Positions 20,931 to 28,834 of a DNA stretch of 64,000 bases are shown here, piece after piece; position 1 is the first letter of the stretch; every line of letters begins with the position of its first letter. The notes below the pieces were generated by a model. That model worked only from the letters and a program-made list of their open reading frames with translations, made no database searches and had not been told where the DNA came from. The stretch is from Candidatus Bathyarchaeota archaeon (GTDB lineage Archaea > Thermoproteota > Bathyarchaeia > Bathyarchaeales > Bathycorpusculaceae). The DNA is taken from the NCBI GenBank assembly GCA_963782525.1, contig CAWAKC010000009.1, forward strand, positions 176,727 to 240,726. The letters run 5' to 3'. The position numbers were made by a program, and so were the translations under genes.

Positions 20931-22535
20931 ATGATTGACCCGCCAAGTTCACCACGTGGAGGCAAAGTTAAGGAAGCCTTAAACAAGTGGCAAGTGACTT
21001 TTCTGGTTTTTGCCATCGCATACCTCGTCGTCTTGCTTTTGAACTTAACGAATTTGCCGATGCAATGGGACGAAGTAACCCACCTAAACGGCGCCTTGAC
21101 CCTAAACGCGGGACATTTCGGCAATTATGTTTCCAATGCCTTCTACCCCCCACTCTTCGACTTGGCAACGGCTGTTTCTTTCCAAGCATTCGGAGCAAGC
21201 CTGTTTTCTGCGCGGTTGGTTTCTGCAGTGTTCTCGGTGTTGTCGCTCTGGGCAGTGTTTGAACTCACTTACAGCATGTACAATGGAAAAACCGCCCTCC
21301 TCGCAGCTGTTCTTTTGGGAATTATGCCAGGATACTTTTGGCTCAGCCGACTGGCGCTACTCGAAACCATGCTTCTGTTCTTTGTTACATTGGCGCTTCT
21401 CTTCTTTTTCCGTTGGCTCCAAAACAAACAAGACAAGTATCTGGTTTTCTCTGGTTTAGCGGTTGGCTTAGGGTTTTTAACTAAGTACCAAGCGGTTGTG
21501 GCTGGAGTAATAATGGTCGCTACCTTGCTGTTTTTGGTTCGTGGACAATTGAAGCGGGCGTTCTCACAGTTTACACTTGCTATTGTTACGGCTGTGCTAG
21601 TGGTTGTTCCATGGATAGTCATAGCTTACCAAGTGTACGCATCAAAAATCTTCAGCCAATGGCTCTACGCCCTGCAAGTTGGCAACCCAGAAAAATCAGT
21701 TTACAGCGACCGTTACCCTTCACCAATCTTCTACCTAATAGACATAGTTTGGCCCTACAACAACTTCCATCCCATCTCCATCTTCATCTACGCTTTGGGT
21801 TTGGCGGGTTTGGGCTTTCTCGTATGGCGCCACAATAAAGGCGATTCGTTCACTATCATAACGTTTGCAAGTGTGTTTGTCTTTTTTACATTCATAACCA
21901 ACAAAGAATGGCGTTATGTGCTGCCATTGTTCTCCGTTTTGGCTATTTCAGCTGCAGTCTTCATTCTCTTTCTCTATGGCAAAGTTGACGCTGCATGGAA
22001 ACAAAGAGTTAAGATTGACAAAAAGAAATCGGCGAAGCTTGCAGCTGGCTTGTTTATCATTTTGGTTGCGGGAGCGATGGCTTACAGCATAAACGACGCC
22101 TACACAATAACCTCATACTACAATATCCAAATCCAAATTGAACCCGCAACCCTATACGCTATGAACCACATACAGAACAACCAAACAATCATGGTGCTGT
22201 GCCCCTTCAACTTTTTCAGCCAAGACATGGTACGATTCTACCTCACTAAAAACGGAAACACCCAAATCCAAACCTACCAATACCCACTCCTCCCCACAGA
22301 CACCTACACACCCAACTTCAACATCACTGAACTAATCAGCCAATGCAAACAGAACAACGTAAAATACATCTTCACCTACGAACAAGGCGGAACCTTCCCA
22401 TACTACAACACCACGCTAACACCGCAGCAAGTTTTCGAGCAACTCTATGCATCAGGAAACTTTACCCACATTTCAGATGAAACCACATTCGGCTCAAACC
22501 CAAGACGAATCTTTGTTTTGACCTTCACAGATTAG
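20931..22535 (+). CDS. GT-C glycosyltransferase (family 39/ArnT-like)
   Basis: WDE, YPPLF, SARL, LLE, LTKY, KEWRYVLP; multiple TM segments. Confidence 0.85.
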   Translation: MIDPPSSPRGGKVKEALNKWQVTFLVFAIAYLVVLLLNLTNLPMQWDEVTHLNGALTLNAGHFGNYVSNAFYPPLFDLATAVSFQAFGASLFSARLVSAVFSVLSLWAVFELTYSMYNGKTALLAAVLLGIMPGYFWLSRLALLETMLLFFVTLALLFFFRWLQNKQDKYLVFSGLAVGLGFLTKYQAVVAGVIMVATLLFLVRGQLKRAFSQFTLAIVTAVLVVVPWIVIAYQVYASKIFSQWLYALQVGNPEKSVYSDRYPSPIFYLIDIVWPYNNFHPISIFIYALGLAGLGFLVWRHNKGDSFTIITFASVFVFFTFITNKEWRYVLPLFSVLAISAAVFILFLYGKVDAAWKQRVKIDKKKSAKLAAGLFIILVAGAMAYSINDAYTITSYYNIQIQIEPATLYAMNHIQNNQTIMVLCPFNFFSQDMVRFYLTKNGNTQIQTYQYPLLPTDTYTPNFNITELISQCKQNNVKYIFTYEQGGTFPYYNTTLTPQQVFEQLYASGNFTHISDETTFGSNPRRIFVLTFTD

Positions 22536-22638
22536 GCTGAATTGAGTTCTCAAAATATAGAGATGTTCATAGGTGCTTTTCGGAGTTTGAGTATATGCAA
22601 AAGGGAGTATAGAAAAAAAATCGCGACTAACGTCTAGC

Positions 22639-23925
22639 TCATTCGGTCGGTTTTGCTTTTCCCTTTCCCAACTTGAATTTCATCGTTAGAATCTTCTCAG
22701 TTGCAAACAACCGCGAAGCAACGTACATAATGCCAATAGTGAAGAGGGCAACATAAACAATTCCAAAAACAACAGTTCCATAATCGCCCGTTACCACGGC
22801 TTTTGAGGCAAGGATTGGGTGACTGTATGGAATTGCATAGAAGACTGCTTTAAGCGCCAGTGGCAGCGAGTTCACGTCAAGGTAAATCAGCGCCATTGAG
22901 GGCAAGAAAATCAAGGGGTAAATGTATCCAACTAAGGCTTGAGCGCCACGAACGTTTTCGCTGAAAGCTGACATCACAACCGCCAACGCCAAAGCCGACA
23001 GCAAAGTGAAGAACAGGCTTATGCCCAGCAACATGTAGCCACCAGCTGATGGAACCAAACCTAAAGCGATTAAGTCAACGCCTCCTCCTGCGCCGCCGGC
23101 AATGTTCACCGTTAGTGAACTCATCATGTAATTGTAGCCGATTAGAACGGTGATTGCGGCGACCCCTGCCACGATGATGGTGCTGGAGACTTTGCCCATC
23201 AAAATCGCAAACCTATCCACAGGAGTCGTCAATAGAGTTTCAAGGGTTTTTTCCTCTTTCTCCATAGCCACACTTGTGGCGGCGATTTGCATGGCGTAAG
23301 TCAACATAATCATAATAGTGATTGGTAAAGCAATTGATTGTGTCACCATTAAACTTGACAAAACACTGACGCTTACGCCGTCGGTAATTTGCCCCTTGAT
23401 AACGCTGGATTCAGAAACAGAAACCACGTCGGGAGCGACTGCACGGTTAAATCCGCCAACGACTGCGTTGACAGTTGAGCCGCTGACTCCGCTGAAAATG
23501 CCGCCGCCACCGTTGAAGATTCCGTAAGTGTTAACGGTGCCTGTAACGTTCCATGCCCCAAGGTTATGCCTTGTAATGTTATCGCTAAAACCAGCTGGGA
23601 TAACCACAAAGGTGCTGCTGTTATAGTGCGCTAGTAAGCCTTGGTCGATTACGTTTTGAGGAGATGTGTTGTTGATGACTTTGACATTCATGGTGTTGTT
23701 TAGGTAACCGACGAATATTTGGCTCCAGTTGTCATTATCATTGTCAACTACAAGTATTGTTGCTCTTTGCGCTTCAATCTGAGCTGTCTGCACTGCATAA
23801 CCCATAACTAAACCAAGAACGGGAAACATGATAAGCGGCAAAACTATCATGCCGATTAAGATTTTGGGGTCACGCGTGAGCTCTTTTAGTTCTTTGACAA
23901 GTATTGTTGTGAAGCCTTTAAGCAA
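22639..23925 (-). CDS. ABC-2 type exporter permease (NatB-like)
   Basis: KELKELTRD, AMEKEEKTLETLLTTPV, IPYSH. Start near TTG 23925; the ORF-track extension overlaps the ATPase gene. Confidence 0.88.
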   Translation of the reverse strand: MLKGFTTILVKELKELTRDPKILIGMIVLPLIMFPVLGLVMGYAVQTAQIEAQRATILVVDNDNDNWSQIFVGYLNNTMNVKVINNTSPQNVIDQGLLAHYNSSTFVVIPAGFSDNITRHNLGAWNVTGTVNTYGIFNGGGGIFSGVSGSTVNAVVGGFNRAVAPDVVSVSESSVIKGQITDGVSVSVLSSLMVTQSIALPITIMIMLTYAMQIAATSVAMEKEEKTLETLLTTPVDRFAILMGKVSSTIIVAGVAAITVLIGYNYMMSSLTVNIAGGAGGGVDLIALGLVPSAGGYMLLGISLFFTLLSALALAVVMSAFSENVRGAQALVGYIYPLIFLPSMALIYLDVNSLPLALKAVFYAIPYSHPILASKAVVTGDYGTVVFGIVYVALFTIGIMYVASRLFATEKILTMKFKLGKGKAKPTE

Positions 23926-24649
23926 AGCCAACCACCTTCGCAAAAACTTCTTCCAAGTTTTCGCTGTTATATTTCGTTTTGAGCACTTTAGGTTCGCCTT
24001 CCACAACCAACTTGCCCTTATGCACCAGCGCCACTCGGTCACAGAGATATTCAACTTCCAGCATGTTGTGACTACTAAGCAACACTGTAACGCCGTGTTC
24101 CTTCACATAGCGTTTAACAATTTCACGAATATGATAAGCATACAAAACATCCAAGCCACTTGCAGGTTCATCAAGCACAGCCAACTTTGGATGCGTCATT
24201 AGCGCACGTGCCACAAGCAAGCGCCGTTTCATGCCTTTGCTGTAAGTTTTGGCTTTGTCTTTTAACCGATCGCCGAGCCCACAGATCTCGGTGGCTTCTG
24301 CTATGGTAGCTTTGAGATTTGTTTCACGGGTGCTTTGAAGTTTAGCCATGAACGTTAGGTATTCTATGCCTGTGAGGTTTGGATAAGCACCCGATTCCTC
24401 AGGCAAATAACTGATAATTTGTCGTGTTTTTTCAGGATGATCGGTTGCATCTTGCCCAAAAATCTTAATTGTACCGGTTGTGGGCTTGATTAATGTGCAA
24501 ACCGTTCGCAGAGTAGTGGTTTTTCCTGCACCATTTGGACCAATTAAACCGTAGATTTCGCCATGTTTAATGTTAAAACTTACACCGTCAAGGGCTTTGA
24601 CTTGTCCAAACTGTTTAGTTAATGAAATTGCTTCTACGGCTAGGCTCAA
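23918..24649 (-). CDS. ABC transporter ATP-binding protein (NatA-like)
   Basis: GPNGAGKTT, YSKGMKRR, LDEP, SSH. Confidence 0.93.
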   Translation of the reverse strand: MSLAVEAISLTKQFGQVKALDGVSFNIKHGEIYGLIGPNGAGKTTTLRTVCTLIKPTTGTIKIFGQDATDHPEKTRQIISYLPEESGAYPNLTGIEYLTFMAKLQSTRETNLKATIAEATEICGLGDRLKDKAKTYSKGMKRRLLVARALMTHPKLAVLDEPASGLDVLYAYHIREIVKRYVKEHGVTVLLSSHNMLEVEYLCDRVALVHKGKLVVEGEPKVLKTKYNSENLEEVFAKVVGFA

Positions 24650-24760
24650 GTTATCCGCTCTCTTGAGGGAGAAGACGAGAAATTGTATTTAAGTTTTAAC
24701 CAACCTCGATTAGCTTCTCAATGAAAAAAGAATAATAAAAGCAAGTTTCTTTTTGCCATT

Positions 24761-25990
24761 TTAGCGGCAGTCGTTGCTTTCAGGCAGAATTCTAAGTACA
24801 CGAAGGATTTTCTTGAACTCTTCCTCTTTAAGCGAAGCTCTGCGACCATTAGCATACATGTCTTTAACTGTATCCACAACTGCAGCAACGGTTTGATCGT
24901 CTGGAACGTTTCCTGATAGCTCAGTAATTTTGTGTTTAATTATGCCTTTGCCGGATTGTTTGCCTATGGTTAAACGACGCGTGTTGCCTACTAGTTCAGG
25001 CGGATAGGGTTCATATGTCCAGGGGTCGTTTAGGACTCCGTGTGTATGTATGCCTGATTCATGGGCGAAGCCGTAGTCGCCGACGATTGCCTTGTTTGGC
25101 GGTACGATGTAACCTGTTGCTTCTCCGATGTAGTCGGCGGTTGACTTAAGTTTCTCCGTTTTGCCCTTGTACTTGTTGACTCCATAGTGTAGGTAGAGGT
25201 TTAAGAGGACTTTTTCAGTTTCGGCATTGCCTGCACGCTCGCCAATGCCTAGGTAAGTTGTGCTTGCGTAGACTTTGTCCCAAACGCCCGAAGCTGCTTT
25301 AATGGCTGCCATTGTGTTTTCAACGGCATTGCCGAAGTCGTCGTGGGCGTGAATTTCGATGGCGCTGATGCGTGTTTCCTCCTTGATGGCTAATACTTTA
25401 GCTGGGATACCATGAGGTAAGGGAGCTTCAGGATCTGACAAGCCGATGCCAACAGTATCGCATACGCGGTAACACTCTGCTCCTGCATCAGCAATGGCGT
25501 TAATGAAGGCTCTTTCAAAGTCCCAGTCCGCTCGGGTGCTATCTTCGCCGTGAACAAAAGTTCTAAGGCCGCATGTTTTGGCTGCATATTCAGTTACATC
25601 ACCGACATTCGCTAAGATTTGTTCGCGGGTTTTTTCTGGCCATTTAGCTTTAAAATGGATGTCTGAAACGGGGTGTGAGATGCCGACTTCTTTGAGTCCG
25701 CATGCTACTGCGCTGTCGATATCTTCTTTGACGGCGCGGCACCAGCCTGCAACTCGCAAATCAAGGTTTAATTCCCCGATTAGTTTGCATGCTTTTTTGT
25801 CTGGTTCTTGATAGTGGAAGAGTTCGATGCGTTCAACTCCTACTTCGTTGAGCAACTGGGCTATTTTTGCTGAGTCCTTGGGTCCAGCTGCTAAGCCCGG
25901 CATTTGGATACCATCGCGGAGGGTAGTATCGTCTATGATGGGTTCGGTTTTCAGGGGCTTGAGTTTGAAATAGAAGTCTTTTATGTCCAT
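24761..25990 (-). CDS. DRE-TIM Claisen condensing enzyme (homocitrate / Re-citrate synthase-like, no regulatory domain)
   Basis: DTTLRDG, EDSTRAD, CDTVG, HAHDDFG, GIGERAGNA, HESGIH. Confidence 0.85.
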   Translation of the reverse strand: MDIKDFYFKLKPLKTEPIIDDTTLRDGIQMPGLAAGPKDSAKIAQLLNEVGVERIELFHYQEPDKKACKLIGELNLDLRVAGWCRAVKEDIDSAVACGLKEVGISHPVSDIHFKAKWPEKTREQILANVGDVTEYAAKTCGLRTFVHGEDSTRADWDFERAFINAIADAGAECYRVCDTVGIGLSDPEAPLPHGIPAKVLAIKEETRISAIEIHAHDDFGNAVENTMAAIKAASGVWDKVYASTTYLGIGERAGNAETEKVLLNLYLHYGVNKYKGKTEKLKSTADYIGEATGYIVPPNKAIVGDYGFAHESGIHTHGVLNDPWTYEPYPPELVGNTRRLTIGKQSGKGIIKHKITELSGNVPDDQTVAAVVDTVKDMYANGRRASLKEEEFKKILRVLRILPESNDCR

Positions 25991-26173
25991 TTTTAATGCT
26001 CTCTTGTCTGGTTTTGCGTTTCTTAAACGCGTTTTGGTAATGCTAATTAACGCTTACGTGCAATTGATAAACGTTTCTGCACTATTTTTGTAAGTTTGTC
26101 CAAGCCAATACATTACTTAACTTCAAAATGTATTGTCTTAAAGTAAATAAAACCTTTACATTCAAAAATAAAG

Positions 26174-26488
26174 TTAGGCGACATTCGCGTATAACGCCTT
26201 AAGAGTACCCGAAACAGCCAACACATGAACTGAAGCAGCCTTACCAGCCACCACCGTCATCACAACCAACGAAGCTCTCACCATCAGCAACGACGCAAGC
26301 GAAGTGCGAATCACAAAAATCCTGCGTTTTCCGTCAAAATTAATCAGCGCCAAACCTGCTAAACTTGCACCAACTTCTCCATACAATTTGGTTAATGAAG
26401 CCCAAACCGCGTCCATGAACTCCCGCTCACTGGGTAAGGTTTCAGATTCTAGTTGCAGGGCTAGATAGCGACGTTTAACACGTTTCAT
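26174..26488 (-). CDS. rnp2: RNase P protein Pop5/Rpp14
   Basis: KRRYLA, LYGEVG, VSGTLK; operon context. Confidence 0.9.
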   Translation of the reverse strand: MKRVKRRYLALQLESETLPSEREFMDAVWASLTKLYGEVGASLAGLALINFDGKRRIFVIRTSLASLLMVRASLVVMTVVAGKAASVHVLAVSGTLKALYANVA

Positions 26489-27219
26489 ATTGGTTTGCCC
26501 TCTTTAACAACACTAATGCCTGGTGCAATAAACCTTGAACTGAGTTTCTCCCGATTACGTAGAACAATCGCGGCTGGATTTATTGAAACTGCGTCCAAAG
26601 CCTCCGATTCATTCAGCCCAAACAAGTAACCTAAACTTGCCAGATCTCTCGGCAACCGCATCAAAACCTCTTCGCCAACACCGCTGGAAACCACAACAGG
26701 CACATGAAATTCAAGAGCGATGGCTACTTCCCGCCGCAAACATGAAAGCAACCTGACCCGCGTTGGACCCTCCATAACCAGTAGAGGTTTGATGTCTACT
26801 TCTAACGCGGCTAAACTGCAACTTGCAAGTTCTGCTTCGGCGCGGTCAAAAAACCGTTTATGGTAATCGAGGCTTGGAAAATTTAAAAGATCCACGCGCC
26901 GATCTTTGGCGGCTTGACGTGCAACCTCTTTGCTGTCGCAAACTACACATATGACTTCAAAGCTTCTTCTGAATTTGCGGAGAAAACGCGTTAGGTCTTC
27001 TTGGGTTCGGGGCTTAAAATCTGCACGTAAAGCGAAGTCTATGCCTGCTTGAGTGCATGCGGCTTTGAGCGCTGCAACTTCAGTTTTATGCACGTCGTTA
27101 GTGAATGGAATGCTGATAGTACGGTAGCCCATCTGCGCTGCCTTGGTGATTAGTCGCTGTGTTGCAGGTTGGTCTTTGGAGTTTACGCGTAAATGCAGAT
27201 CAATGAAGGATCGGGTCAT
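26485..27219 (-). CDS. rnp3: RNase P protein Rpp30
   Basis: PHP-like IDLH, RQAAKDRRVDLL, VVSSG...MRLPRDL; operon context. Confidence 0.88.
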   Translation of the reverse strand: MTRSFIDLHLRVNSKDQPATQRLITKAAQMGYRTISIPFTNDVHKTEVAALKAACTQAGIDFALRADFKPRTQEDLTRFLRKFRRSFEVICVVCDSKEVARQAAKDRRVDLLNFPSLDYHKRFFDRAEAELASCSLAALEVDIKPLLVMEGPTRVRLLSCLRREVAIALEFHVPVVVSSGVGEEVLMRLPRDLASLGYLFGLNESEALDAVSINPAAIVLRNREKLSSRFIAPGISVVKEGKPI

Positions 27220-27662
27220 GGCAGCAACCCAATCTGCTTAGAAAACTCCTCAATCTGCTGTGCAGTCTTATTTTTGAAATGAATTTTTAGGTGAATAGGA
27301 TCAGTTTGAGAAAACTTGAGGGCACCCAAAAACGCTGATTGCTTATCGAAACGCAGGTACAAGTTACCTTTTTCAACATGAAGTTTCAGGTTTTGCTGCA
27401 ACTCTTCTTTATCCAAAACGCCTAGTTCAGCGCCAAATTTTTCCATTGCTTTTGGAAGAAGTTTTTTGTCTGTTAGCTTAGCAGTAAAAAGGATTATAGG
27501 GTTTCCGTGATGTCCTGTGCAGTTGGTTTTTTCGAAAACAAGGGTTTGTGCCAGCTCTTCTGGCAATAGGTTTTGTACGGCTTTTTGGACTTTAGTTGGA
27601 TCTTCAGTTGCGTGTGCGAAGACTCGTATGTCTATGTAGGCTATTGGCGGTTTAGAAGACAT
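27216..27662 (-). CDS. Predicted exosome-associated RNA-binding protein
   Basis: HATED, GHHGNPI, LYLRFDKQ. Confidence 0.85.
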   Translation of the reverse strand: MSSKPPIAYIDIRVFAHATEDPTKVQKAVQNLLPEELAQTLVFEKTNCTGHHGNPIILFTAKLTDKKLLPKAMEKFGAELGVLDKEELQQNLKLHVEKGNLYLRFDKQSAFLGALKFSQTDPIHLKIHFKNKTAQQIEEFSKQIGLLP

Positions 27663-27687
27663 TGGTTACCGGTTGTGTGTTGTGTGT

Positions 27688-27936
27688 TTAAGCTTTTAGC
27701 TTTTTTTGTTTGAACACTGGCTTAGGCTTTGCGACTTTTGGTGTTGCTTTAGCGTGTGCTTTTACACAGTCAACGTTTTCTTGGTGCGTAGATTTGCGTT
27801 TAACGTCAACACGCAGGCCAATTTGTTTGGCTTGCTGCATGTTTACGCCGGCTTCTTTGAGTTCATTTGGGCTAAAGCCTTGACCGACGCTTTGTCGGCC
27901 GTTTTGTTTAGTGATGATGATTTTTAGGTGGTGCAT
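27688..27936 (-). CDS. rpl13e: 50S ribosomal protein L13e
   Basis: GQGFSPNELKEAG, A+QIGLRVDVKRKS.HQENV. Confidence 0.88.
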   Translation of the reverse strand: MHHLKIIITKQNGRQSVGQGFSPNELKEAGVNMQQAKQIGLRVDVKRKSTHQENVDCVKAHAKATPKVAKPKPVFKQKKLKA

Positions 27937-27939
27937 TTA

Positions 27940-28548
27940 CTATTTTCCTCCCTTCTTTTGGTAGTCACCGTGTCTGCGTGTGTTACCAATCCTTCGGCTT
28001 GGACGAGCTTTCTCGGAACCTCTGCCGCGGTGATGGAGTCCCCTCACGTTTTTACCTGCGCTGGTCATGCTGCGGAAGACACGGCTTGCGTGTTGGGGTT
28101 CTGTTATCCAGCTGACGTCTTTGTCAGTCTTTATGGTTGGTGCGTTGGGGTCTACGAGGATAACTTCGAACCATTTGTGTTTTCCGTCTTCGCCTACCCA
28201 GTAGCTGTTGAGGACTTCTAGGTTGGGGAATTTTTTGGCGGTTCGTTCTTCTGCTATAAGTCGGATGCTTTTTCCTGGTTTAAATTTGGCGACACCCATG
28301 CGTTTGGGTCGTCGTCCGGATCGTGGACGTAGTTTTCTTAAATTGCCTCTACGGACTTTTGTTCGGGCAACTACGAAGCCCTGTTTGGCTTTGTAGCCGA
28401 GTTTTCTCGCGCGGTCGAGTCTTGTTGGATGCTCGATACGCAGGGTTGTTGGTTGTTTACGCCACTGCACTAAGCGTTGGCGCATAAGTTCTTCAACGAA
28501 GCTTTTTTCGGGTTGAGCCCATTCTTCTGCTATGTATTTATATGCCAT
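27940..28548 (-). CDS. rpl15e: 50S ribosomal protein L15e
   Basis: PTRLDRARKLGYKAKQG, NLEVLNSYWVGEDG...FEVILVD. Confidence 0.98.
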   Translation of the reverse strand: MAYKYIAEEWAQPEKSFVEELMRQRLVQWRKQPTTLRIEHPTRLDRARKLGYKAKQGFVVARTKVRRGNLRKLRPRSGRRPKRMGVAKFKPGKSIRLIAEERTAKKFPNLEVLNSYWVGEDGKHKWFEVILVDPNAPTIKTDKDVSWITEPQHASRVFRSMTSAGKNVRGLHHRGRGSEKARPSRRIGNTRRHGDYQKKGGK

Positions 28549-28581
28549 CTAAATTTTTTCTCCTATGTGTTGTTTGCTTAC

Positions 28582-28630
28582 GGTTCAGTCCCGAAGGACC
28601 ACATCCCAACGGACTATGGTGTCCGCCTGC
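28582..28630 (-). promoter_or_regulatory. Structured 5' leader of the rpl15e operon (putative eL15 autoregulatory leader)
   Basis: Sense strand GCGGAC-ACCAUA-GUCCGU hairpin, then GGGAUGU-GGUCC-UUCG-GGACU-GAACC. BRE/TATA-like GAAAGGTTTATT at 28659-28670. Confidence 0.65.
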
Positions 28631-28834
28631 AATTTCACATCATAGTGCCCTGCGGTGAAATAAACCTTTCCCGTACGGCTGAGCTCAAACTAACCAAAAG
28701 CGCTCGTTAAAACGCTGAATTCCAATTATTTTAAGGTTAAACAGTCCACATTGACTTTAATTTTGGTATATGGCAGAATTATTAAATTAAATTTAAAAAA
28801 AGAAGAAAGGGGTTGTTGTTTTTGTTTAGTTTGC

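Noticed and set aside
23926-24054. Long N-terminal extension of the ABC permease
   Set aside because: Overlaps the ATPase gene; homology begins at LLKGFTTILVKE.
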